64,000 nt of DNA from Patescibacteria group bacterium (GTDB taxonomy: Bacteria > Patescibacteriota > Microgenomatia > UBA8517): the NCBI GenBank assembly GCA_035291665.1, contig DATDRP010000004.1:22272-86271 (forward strand). The letters run 5' to 3'. The notes beneath the pieces are model-generated. The model made no database searches. It saw nothing but the letters and a program-made list of their open reading frames with translations, and had not been told where the DNA came from. Below are positions 37,292-45,609 of the stretch, one piece after another (the stretch's first letter is position 1; every line of letters starts with the position of its first letter). The position numbers and the translations under genes are program-made.

Positions 37292-39649
37292 CTATTTGTT
37301 GTAGTTACTAAACCAGACAATATAGTCGGCTCCGTTAACTATCGTATCTCCATTAAAATCTCCGGCTGATGGGCCTTGTGTCGTTGACTTTTTATAGTTA
37401 TTAAACCAAACCAAATAATCGGCTCCGTTTACTTTTCCGTCACCATTGGCATCCCCCGGTTTTGCAGCATTTGTAGGAGTAGCAGTTGGAGTAAGACTGG
37501 GTCCGCCGGTTGGGGGAATAGGGGTCGGACTGATCGGGGAGATTTGGGTTGGTACAACAAGGTAAAGGGGAAATCGGGTATCTGTAGAAACCCGGACCGT
37601 ACCCGCATTTGCATCAAATACCGTGTTAAGCTGTACCACTGTTCCGTCATCGTTCACACCGGATATATTTAGATTTTTACCACCGGTTGCAAAGGTAATG
37701 GTAAAAGAGGTAGGAACAACCAAACGCGTATTTGATTCACTACCCCAACTGGTCACTGTTTCACCGTCGACCGTACCGGTGAATCCCGCAGCATTGGTAA
37801 CAGTCTGGTAAGAGTGAACAAACAGTTTGGCCGATCCGGAGAATAAGGGATAATTGGCATCACTCCTGATCATAACTAATGCGTTTTCCATAGGTGTTAC
37901 CCCTGACAGGGTCATCGGACCGATGGTGGTGTTTTTAAGATCGTTGACTAAACCGACGACTGCCGGGGCGTTAATTGTCACGCCGGTGCTTTTGGCAAAT
38001 ACCTGGCCTCCCGGAATCTGTATACCTGCTGCAAATTGTGTATCTGTTACTTTAGGATAATTACTAACATTTTGTGGAGAACCAAAGCTCATATAGAGCC
38101 GTTTGAGCCAATATCCGCGTTCAGAACCATCCCAGCCGTTTTGAAAGGAAAATGGAGAGAGAGCTAGTGATCCTTTAGACACTTGTTGGGCAAGATATTG
38201 AGAATTTTCAAATACGGAAACATGTTTTTCCGGCAGAGGATTTATAAACCTATATTCGACGATTGGCCCTGCTAATAGATCGCCCAAGCGGCGTGACGGA
38301 GCACCTACATGATGGTGGATATACTGGATACCTGACGCTTTTGCCTGATATAACGCTTGAGATTCATTGAAAACCAAAAATCCCGATGTTTGTTGCAGAC
38401 TATGGACAATAGCCTCCAGGATTGTCCTCTCGTAATCCCAGCGGTTAAGACCGTAATCGCCGACTTCCGGAACAGTGAATGGTGTATTTTCTAAACGACT
38501 GCCATCCATCGCCATACTCCAAAAGAAACCATTCGGATCCCGAAGAATACTTGTGCGCGTCTGGTAATTAGGCGGGTTGGTGATGGCATCACCTGAAGGA
38601 ACCCGTGCATAAATATGGCGGGAAGAAATATTGGTATTGGCAAGCACATGCCCGTCCATATAATTAAAAGTATTCATTACAACCAGAATATTGGGATTTA
38701 AGGATTTGAACCAGTCATACATATCTTTTGAATATTCGATCTCAGTATCACTCATAAACTTCACGAAATTTGATTTGTCTGTTGTAGTCCACCCATTGTA
38801 TGTGCTTTTTGCAGGAAACTGATTACCGGGAAGTGTCCAGCCTTTACCGGCATAATACGTACGGATCTTCGTATCAAGCTCCGGTTTCCAATACGCATTG
38901 GGGTCTGACGGATTAAGGATATTGTCAAACCATCCATTATGGCTGAAATATGCATCGGACAATCCATCTTCATTATACGGTTGCCAGATTATTCCGGGAT
39001 TATCTTTATATTTGATGCCTGTCTGGGTATTGATCCGATCGGCAAACCGTAGAATATGGACCTTTGCGATTTTATCTCGAAATTCCCTGCTCCAACTCAT
39101 ACCAAATGATCTGTAAACACCGACCGGATATCCTGACCGTGCTGCTGCATTTTCAAAAAAGAAACCTCCCATCCAGATCTGCATTCCCATTTGGTTGGCC
39201 CGGGCAATGGTTTTATCAAGCTGTACCATGCATTTTTCGGAAAGATCAGTTCCGGTTGGACCAGCCCAACAGCTATAACTGGCTGCGGAAGTGGTCATAT
39301 CCTTGACGTCATATCCCATCACACGTATAGTATTGAAACCTGCTGCGGCAATTCGTTTGATAGTTTTCAGATTATCTTCATCCGTCATATAACTGGTTGC
39401 GCCGATAGCAGCTGAGCCTTCATTTAATCCGGTACCAAAAATAATGAATTCCTTGCCACTGCGCATTAGTTTGCCGTTTTCAACAGTTAACCAGGATGTG
39501 ATTGGTGGCCGAGATGGTGCAGCCGCCTGACCGAAACTGCTGTCCCAGGCTGGATTCCAATCGATAAGCACAGATTGGGCATTTAGTGATGAAATAGGAA
39601 ATAAAAGAAAGAAAGAGGTCACCAGAAAACAGCGAAAAAAAGTTTTCAT
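37292..39649 (-). CDS. secreted glycoside hydrolase family 5-like protein with C-terminal dockerin-like module
   Basis: Signal peptide. GH5-like blocks AGFNTIRVMGYD and IWQPYNEDG (NE acid/base) in a TIM-barrel-sized N-domain. C-terminal beta-rich domain, linker and dockerin. Confidence 0.55.
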   Translation of the reverse strand: MKTFFRCFLVTSFFLLFPISSLNAQSVLIDWNPAWDSSFGQAAAPSRPPITSWLTVENGKLMRSGKEFIIFGTGLNEGSAAIGATSYMTDEDNLKTIKRIAAAGFNTIRVMGYDVKDMTTSAASYSCWAGPTGTDLSEKCMVQLDKTIARANQMGMQIWMGGFFFENAAARSGYPVGVYRSFGMSWSREFRDKIAKVHILRFADRINTQTGIKYKDNPGIIWQPYNEDGLSDAYFSHNGWFDNILNPSDPNAYWKPELDTKIRTYYAGKGWTLPGNQFPAKSTYNGWTTTDKSNFVKFMSDTEIEYSKDMYDWFKSLNPNILVVMNTFNYMDGHVLANTNISSRHIYARVPSGDAITNPPNYQTRTSILRDPNGFFWSMAMDGSRLENTPFTVPEVGDYGLNRWDYERTILEAIVHSLQQTSGFLVFNESQALYQAKASGIQYIHHHVGAPSRRLGDLLAGPIVEYRFINPLPEKHVSVFENSQYLAQQVSKGSLALSPFSFQNGWDGSERGYWLKRLYMSFGSPQNVSNYPKVTDTQFAAGIQIPGGQVFAKSTGVTINAPAVVGLVNDLKNTTIGPMTLSGVTPMENALVMIRSDANYPLFSGSAKLFVHSYQTVTNAAGFTGTVDGETVTSWGSESNTRLVVPTSFTITFATGGKNLNISGVNDDGTVVQLNTVFDANAGTVRVSTDTRFPLYLVVPTQISPISPTPIPPTGGPSLTPTATPTNAAKPGDANGDGKVNGADYLVWFNNYKKSTTQGPSAGDFNGDTIVNGADYIVWFSNYNK

Positions 39650-39733
39650 AATAAAGCCTTATATCATTTTGTTGCGGTTGAACATTGAAGTCAAGTGGTG
39701 TCAATGTTGTTTATCTCGAATATTAACAAAAAC

Positions 39734-40897
39734 TTACTTTCCGTAATTACCAAACCAAACTAAATAGTCTCCACCATTAACAAATCCATCCTCGTTAAAG
39801 TCTCCTGCTAATGCTCCCTGGCTGGTTGATTTTTTATAGTTATTAAACCAGACCAAATAATCCGCTCCGTTTACTTTCCCGTCGCCATTAGCATCCCCCG
39901 GTTTTACAGCAATTATCGGGGTAGCTGTTGGAGTAAGACTGGGTCCGCCGGTTGGGGGAGTAGAAGCACCGGGGATTGAACTTGCAATCCAAACAGATCC
40001 TTGCCGAAGATCGCCGGTTATACCGTTACCACTAGCGTCATTCAAAATATATCCCGTCCCATTACCCTCATCCAGGTGATATAAAAGTAGTGTATTTATA
40101 TCATTAATGTATGGATTTGAGGGAGGAGTAAAACTTCCCTGATACCGTAAATTATTTGAGATCCTCAGTTCATCAAAATAACCGTTGTATGATGGATATT
40201 GACTTCCTGCATCATGTTTTTCAGCAGCAATGACAAGGTATGGGTCGCTCTCATTACAACTCGGTCCGGTTGAAAGATTAGTACAGCAGGTTGAACAGGG
40301 GACTGCGTTATCGGGATAAGATATTACTCCGTCAGGTCCGTCTGCTTCTGCCCTGACAATCCCGTCAACAAAGATCCACATATATCCATCCGATATTCGT
40401 CTCTCAATGGCAACATGGTGCCAAATGTCGTCAAGTACGGTATTACCACCGCAGATTGTGCGGTTTCCCGTACCGTTACCGCTGACGCCGAAAACCAATT
40501 TTCCGCCGGCAATTGATAAGCCGAATTTTCTGTCCTGGTTAAATCGGTCGCGGTCGATGACAATATTTCCGAATATCCAGTTGTCATTTGTTCCGCATGC
40601 GACGGATGAAGATGTATTATCAGCGCTTTTTGCTCTCATCCAAAATTCCAATGTAAAATCAGTATCTCCGATATCAGCAGCAGTACTTTCTGAATTTTGA
40701 CCATTAATTGGAATTTTAATCCGATCGAGCTGATTTGTGCCGGTTCCGTTAAACTTGAGAGCCGATCCAAAATCTGCGTAAGCTTTATTAAAGTTTGATA
40801 TTAAAAGAAAGAAAGCCGTAAGAAAAATAGTTAATAATCTCAACTGAAGGCTAATTGTAATTTTGTTTTTGAAGCGCTTTGTTAACATGATGTTCAA
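39734..40897 (-). CDS. secreted LamG/concanavalin-A-like lectin domain protein with C-terminal dockerin-like module
   Basis: Signal peptide. LamG-like pattern (LEFWMRAKS...DDIWHHVAIER...FDELRISN). C-terminal linker and dockerin (GDANGDGKVNGADYLVWFNNY...GDFNEDGFVNGGDYLVWFGNYGK). Confidence 0.7.
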   Translation of the reverse strand: MNIMLTKRFKNKITISLQLRLLTIFLTAFFLLISNFNKAYADFGSALKFNGTGTNQLDRIKIPINGQNSESTAADIGDTDFTLEFWMRAKSADNTSSSVACGTNDNWIFGNIVIDRDRFNQDRKFGLSIAGGKLVFGVSGNGTGNRTICGGNTVLDDIWHHVAIERRISDGYMWIFVDGIVRAEADGPDGVISYPDNAVPCSTCCTNLSTGPSCNESDPYLVIAAEKHDAGSQYPSYNGYFDELRISNNLRYQGSFTPPSNPYINDINTLLLYHLDEGNGTGYILNDASGNGITGDLRQGSVWIASSIPGASTPPTGGPSLTPTATPIIAVKPGDANGDGKVNGADYLVWFNNYKKSTSQGALAGDFNEDGFVNGGDYLVWFGNYGK

Positions 40898-41018
40898 GTA
40901 TCAGGGAAAATAAAACCATAATCAATGGTATTTTTATCAACTACTGGACAGTGAAGGGGAGTTATTGGATAATGTAAGGAATTTGTTTGTGGGTAAGAAA
41001 TATTAATTTTTAATATAT

Positions 41019-42128
41019 ATGAAAGGACTCGAATTTCCGATAATAGGCACAAAAGCTTCTTCAACCGGTGATGTATATTCCAATTCAGGGAGCGGAAAAA
41101 TCGAAAAATTTGATATCAATTCACCGGGCGGCAGGAAAGAATATTTTGAGGCAAAAGTCGGAGATGAGATCAATCATATCAAAGATTTCTTAAAAGACAG
41201 GACTTTTATTGCCTATATGCTTGGTAAAAAGGGGTCCGGTAAAGGTACGTATTCAAAACTTTTAACTGAGGTTTTTGGTGAAGATAAAATGGTAACAGTA
41301 TCTGTTGGGGATTTGATTCGGGAAGCCGATGATTGGGAAAATTTCAAAAAAACCGAGAAATATGAAAAATTACGGAAATACTATCGGGGGTATGTTTCAT
41401 TTGATGAGGCAGTTAAGGCGCACCTTTCCAGAAGTACTTCAAAATTGCTGCCAACAGAATTTATTCTGGCTCTGGTTAAAGCTCACATTGACGGATTACA
41501 GCGTAAATCAATTTTTATTGACGGATTGCCAAGGGATTTGGATCAGGTATCCTACTCGCTTTATTTTCGCGACTTAATTGCTTACCGGGATGACCCCGAT
41601 ATGTTTGTCTTGATTGATATTCCGGAATCAGTAATCGACGCCAGAATAAAAACAAGGGTTATCTGCCCAAAATGCAGCCTATCGCGTAATTTGAAACTTC
41701 TTCCGACCAATAATGTCGGTTTTGATTCCAAAAAAAGAAAGTTTTATTTACTTTGTGATAACACTGATTGTGAAGGTAACGGTACAGAAATAATGGTAGG
41801 AAAAGAGGGAGATGACAAAGGCATAGATCCGATCAGGAAGCGGTTGGATAAAGATGAAGAAATTCTCAAAAAAGCATTCGATCTTTACGGTATTCCGAAG
41901 ATACTGCTTCGTAACCACGTACCGGCAACAGAGGCAGGCAAGTACTTTGATAGTTACGAGCTCACACCTGATTTTGATTATACGATCGACAAAAAAGGCA
42001 AAATTAAAAAGACCGAAAAACATTGGACGTTTAAGGACGATAACGGTATTGAATCGTACTCTCTTATGGCAGCAGCGGTTGTTGCAGTCTTCATAAAGCA
42101 GCTTGCAGAAGTATTAGGGGAAATTTAA
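41019..42128 (+). CDS. adk: adenylate kinase family protein with N- and C-terminal extensions and a Cys4 zinc LID
   Basis: - P-loop: GKKGSGKGT.
- NMP-binding core: FILALVKAHIDGLQRKSIFIDGLPRDLDQ.
- LID: ICPKCS...CDNTDC.
- C-terminal: RKRLDKDEEILKKAFDLY.
These are collinear with canonical Adk, but the protein is 369 aa. Confidence 0.7.
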   Translation: MKGLEFPIIGTKASSTGDVYSNSGSGKIEKFDINSPGGRKEYFEAKVGDEINHIKDFLKDRTFIAYMLGKKGSGKGTYSKLLTEVFGEDKMVTVSVGDLIREADDWENFKKTEKYEKLRKYYRGYVSFDEAVKAHLSRSTSKLLPTEFILALVKAHIDGLQRKSIFIDGLPRDLDQVSYSLYFRDLIAYRDDPDMFVLIDIPESVIDARIKTRVICPKCSLSRNLKLLPTNNVGFDSKKRKFYLLCDNTDCEGNGTEIMVGKEGDDKGIDPIRKRLDKDEEILKKAFDLYGIPKILLRNHVPATEAGKYFDSYELTPDFDYTIDKKGKIKKTEKHWTFKDDNGIESYSLMAAAVVAVFIKQLAEVLGEI

Positions 42129-42134
42129 ACCTCT

Positions 42135-42195
42135 TCTCTCGTATCACGTATCACGTTTCTCGTATTTCGTTTTTCGTATTTAGTTTTGTACAATG
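42135..42195. repeat. short degenerate tandem repeat (cgtatcacgtatcacgtttctcgtatttcgtttttcgtattt)
   Basis: Direct reading. It lies in the gap between adk and the GGDEF gene. Confidence 0.6.
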
Positions 42196-42200
42196 GATAG

Positions 42201-43142
42201 ATGGATGAGAATGCTGAAAATCCGATTGATGTTCATGATACCCTGGAACGTCGGGAATCACCCGTGATAAAACCTCTTTATGATTTGAGAAGTCCTGTTA
42301 TAACCCCTAAATTTATATTAGGAAGCTTGGATCTTGATATTAAAAATGCATCTGATCAATATAAACCCAAGTTAACATTAAGGAAGAATTATTATACAAG
42401 ACTTTTTGAAACAGAGTTTCGTAGTCTTCAAACGGAAAAGATCGAAAACCCCAAGGAAGTTGAAAAACAGTTTATTAAAAAAACCAAAGAACTTTTGGAT
42501 CAAAAAATGGGTATGGCTGTAACAAGGGAAGAAGTTGACAGAGCCCAAGCCAATAGCGAGTATTTTGACGGAATGATTTCTGATGCAAGAGAGGGCAGGG
42601 ATCCTTTGACCGGTTTGTACAACAGATATGGATTTGTTGAGATGATGACGCAAATTATGAGAGACCCCGTAAAAATGTATGGAGAACAAGGTGCAAAACA
42701 TTTAATGGATAAAAAGGTTGCAGTTATTATTACTGATATTGATGATTTTGGTTTGTTTAACAAAAAACATGGTATGGAAGTTGGGGATGCAGTATTGGAA
42801 ACAACAGCATTGGCTATGCGTGAAGGAGTAAGACCATCAGATGTAGTTTGCCGGCATGGCGGAGAAGAAAATGTGGTTGTTGCATTTGATGTTGACCCAA
42901 AGCTAATTTATAAAAGGATGAATGAAAAGCTCAATAATTTCGGAAATACTTTTGGAATTACTTTTAGTGCAGGCGCAGTCGAAGTAGAATGGGAAGAACT
43001 AAAGAAAATTTTTACTGCAGAAGGCGCTTGGGAAGATAAAGCAAAACAATTTGACAATTTAATTTTAAAACAAGCCGACAATGAATTGAGAATTGTAAAA
43101 AGCCGGGGTAAAAATAATATCAAAGTAGCCGGGACTGATTGA
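42201..43142 (+). CDS. GGDEF-domain protein (putative diguanylate cyclase)
   Basis: LTGLYNRYGF, an I-site RPSD and the A-site RHGGEEN (GGEEF variant) with canonical spacing. Confidence 0.65.
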   Translation: MDENAENPIDVHDTLERRESPVIKPLYDLRSPVITPKFILGSLDLDIKNASDQYKPKLTLRKNYYTRLFETEFRSLQTEKIENPKEVEKQFIKKTKELLDQKMGMAVTREEVDRAQANSEYFDGMISDAREGRDPLTGLYNRYGFVEMMTQIMRDPVKMYGEQGAKHLMDKKVAVIITDIDDFGLFNKKHGMEVGDAVLETTALAMREGVRPSDVVCRHGGEENVVVAFDVDPKLIYKRMNEKLNNFGNTFGITFSAGAVEVEWEELKKIFTAEGAWEDKAKQFDNLILKQADNELRIVKSRGKNNIKVAGTD

Positions 43143-43164
43143 TTAAGTTATAACAGCGTTCAAG

Positions 43165-43262
43165 AAAACCACGTTCAGTTTACATGAACGTGGATGAATT
43201 GAACTGTGATATGTCATCCTCCTTAGGGGAACCCCCGAGTTGACTCGGGGGAGGATGTCATG
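43165..43262. terminator. compound stem-loop region (ccacgttca-N7-tgaacgtgg, then cccccgagt-tga-ctcggggg nested in gtcatcctcc/ggaggatgtc); likely a bidirectional terminator
   Basis: Perfect 9-bp and 8-9-bp inverted repeats located between the GGDEF gene and a weak minus-strand ORF. Confidence 0.45.
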
Positions 43263-43774
43263 GAGTTTCTTTAAATGATATTCCCCAAGTATTGATGCAA
43301 ACCCGGTTTTGCTCGAAGTATCTTTCCCGGATCTGCTTGGAGGTTAAAAAAGCATTGCAATTCGGTACCAGAGGTACAACCCCGTTGGTTGGTTTGACTC
43401 CGAATTCTTCTGGAGAATTGCTCATACACATATGTCCGCAGGTATTGAATCCTGTTTCCGAGTGGAAATTACAGGTAATAAAAGATCTTTGTACTGGAGT
43501 AAAAGTGAGCCTTCTATCTACCATATAACTACAATAATATTGGCAATTATACGACTATGAGTCAACTAATATTATATGATATAAAGTATCAAATAGTGCA
43601 ACATAATAAATCAGGAATTCGATAATATAGGTATTAAATTAATTATACTCGTGAAATAAAAACTCAAAAAATTTAAAAAAAGGGATTTGGTTTTACTGAC
43701 GTTGAAGCAAATTTAAACTGCATTTTTAAGAGGCAACTCTAATTGTAGTCATATACCAAAATAAATATCAAGAA

Positions 43775-44110
43775 TTGAATTATTATAGACATAAATTGTT
43801 TAGTGTAAGGGTGGCAGAAATATATAACGGCTACGATAGAATTATGGCGTTGCCCCGTAACCAGAGGATTCAGGATGAGGAGGGAGACGTGCGGGAAGTT
43901 CAAGAACTACTGGGTTTTGATAATCCAAAATTAGCGAAACAATTAATTCAAAGAGGAGTCGATTTGAATGCATTAAGCATAAATGTAGATGAAGCAATGC
44001 TTACTTTTGGACCGGAAGTTGTTAAAAAGTTTCTTTGCTCCCGTTTTGTGAGACGTGACGGTCGAATAAAAAGTCACAAATTAGCCCCTGCGATAAAAAA
44101 CGGAGTCTGA
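43775..44110 (+). CDS. hypothetical protein
   Basis: 111-aa ORF with no motif recognised. Confidence 0.4.
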   Translation: MNYYRHKLFSVRVAEIYNGYDRIMALPRNQRIQDEEGDVREVQELLGFDNPKLAKQLIQRGVDLNALSINVDEAMLTFGPEVVKKFLCSRFVRRDGRIKSHKLAPAIKNGV

Positions 44111-44163
44111 CTAAAAAGAAACACTCTTCACAATTGCTTCAAAGTGTTAAAATACTTCAACTA

Positions 44164-44235
44164 CGGGGTGTAGTGAATCGGTATCACGCTACGTTCGGGA
44201 CGTAGAAACACTGGGTTCAATTCCCAGCACCCCGA
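44164..44235 (+). tRNA. tRNA-Pro (anticodon CGG)
   Basis: Manual cloverleaf: CGGGGTG / TA / GTGA-ATCGGTA-TCAC / G / CTACG-TTCGGGA-CGTAG / AAACA / CTGGG-TTCAATT-CCCAG / CACCCCG / A. The C1-G72 pair is typical of tRNA-Pro. Confidence 0.8.
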
Positions 44236-44335
44236 CAAATCATGACAATTTCAGTAACGCTTCCCGGAAGGAACAAAATTTGTTAAACAAATTTACAAAT
44301 CCGGGCACCCCGACTGATGTGGATTTGGCATGCTA

Positions 44336-44956
44336 TTATGATTTGAGTATTTCCTGAAGTTTATCGACGCTATTACAAAATACTAGTTCATCAATTTTAT
44401 CCATAAATCTTTCAGATTCATCTTTTACCGCTTCGGAATAATTACCTTTTTGGGTTTTCTCGTTTAACGATCTTTCGTCTGCCCTAAAAAACAGTATTAT
44501 ATTAATCATCGTAGGTAAAGTATTAGTTGAGAATTGGTGTTGAAGTCTATCATTCCCAGCGGGTAAATGAATCAATTCTAAGCCTTTTATCAATGCATCA
44601 CAGGCGGCAACTACCGCTATTTGTGGAAGATACATAGGAGGTAAATTAGGATCTTTTTGAAAATTTTTTGTAAGATCATTCTTTGTGAATTTGTTCATGG
44701 TATACCCTCTTGGTAGGTTAAGTGGGCGATAGGGAGTACTGCCTTTTTGCGATTGAATAAAATTGGTTATTTCCCCGGCAATGAAAATTGAGGCATTCAG
44801 ATTATCAATTAAATGATTTGCTATTTCTTTTTCCTTCACTACAACCGGATGTTTGCCAAGCATTTCAACTAATTGCTCGAACGTGGTTTCTTTACTTTTA
44901 ATCATAACTTGTTCGGAAAAGTAGCTCATAGTACTGCAACCGTTTATTGTAGTCAA
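44336..44956 (-). CDS. hypothetical protein
   Basis: 206-aa ORF with no recognised family. Confidence 0.45.
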   Translation of the reverse strand: MTTINGCSTMSYFSEQVMIKSKETTFEQLVEMLGKHPVVVKEKEIANHLIDNLNASIFIAGEITNFIQSQKGSTPYRPLNLPRGYTMNKFTKNDLTKNFQKDPNLPPMYLPQIAVVAACDALIKGLELIHLPAGNDRLQHQFSTNTLPTMINIILFFRADERSLNEKTQKGNYSEAVKDESERFMDKIDELVFCNSVDKLQEILKS

Positions 44957-44964
44957 ATTCTGGT

Positions 44965-45609
44965 TTAATAAGTTTTCAGGTCTACCGGTTTATTTGGATC
45001 AGTAGTTGGGGTGGGTTCTGTCAGATTCAGCTCCTTACTGGCCTGCTCATAAATTTCAGTATAAAGATTTCCGTTTTGTATTATTCTTGAAACTGTCATA
45101 GAAAAAACACCGATATTAACAAGCCAGATCAAAAGGAGTATCAAAATTCCCAAAACCGGTGTAAATAAGTTGCGTTTTACGACAACTGTTTTTCCGATTA
45201 AATCATGCCAAGTGCGCTTTTTTTGATCCTTGAACATATGAAAATATCCCAAGCCAAAAAAAGCACCGGAAACAACATAACCGACCGTCAGCCGAAAGAT
45301 TGATTCCCAAAAGGTCAAAAACATTCCATCGCTTTTAATAATCTTTTGGGCTGTGAGAATCTTTCCGAATGTACCGCCAAAACGAGATGTAAGAAATGCT
45401 TCAACCGGAAGGATCAGAACGGTCGTTGTTAGAAAGAAGATCATCAAGTTAAGAATTCCGTTTAAAAGCTGGTTCATTTCAGTACTGAAGCTGACAGAGT
45501 ACAAGAGAAATAAGAAAACAAGAGAAAATAAACCAGCATCAATTAGCTTTGAAATTAACCGGTCATAAAAGGTTGAGTATTTATTATTATTTTTCATTTT
45601 CTTTTTCAA
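44965..45609 (-). CDS. RDD-family membrane protein
   Basis: TM helices plus the conserved C-terminal WHDLIGKTVVV motif typical of the RDD family. Confidence 0.6.
   Translation of the reverse strand: MKKKMKNNNKYSTFYDRLISKLIDAGLFSLVFLFLLYSVSFSTEMNQLLNGILNLMIFFLTTTVLILPVEAFLTSRFGGTFGKILTAQKIIKSDGMFLTFWESIFRLTVGYVVSGAFFGLGYFHMFKDQKKRTWHDLIGKTVVVKRNLFTPVLGILILLLIWLVNIGVFSMTVSRIIQNGNLYTEIYEQASKELNLTEPTPTTDPNKPVDLKTY

Noticed and set aside
24533-40000. Possibility that the recurring ~200-bp dockerin cassettes represent a CRISPR array or an IS or transposon
   Set aside because: - The repeats are in-frame coding modules of different genes, are not regularly spaced, and carry no spacers.
- No transposase or integrase ORF was seen anywhere in the window.
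22642-40700. Numerous 60-200-aa plus-strand ORFs inside the large minus-strand dockerin-cluster genes (e.g. 28839..29243, 31381..31977, 35630..35848)
   Set aside because: They are antisense to long, domain-rich coding frames, have no independent signals, and are Gly/Val-rich mirror translations of the TP linkers. They are spurious.
43258-43528. Overlapping 88-aa (-) and 78-aa (+) ORFs in the 43143-43775 intergenic region
   Set aside because: They are mutually exclusive and neither has recognisable features. The region may be non-coding or a small RNA locus. Left unannotated.
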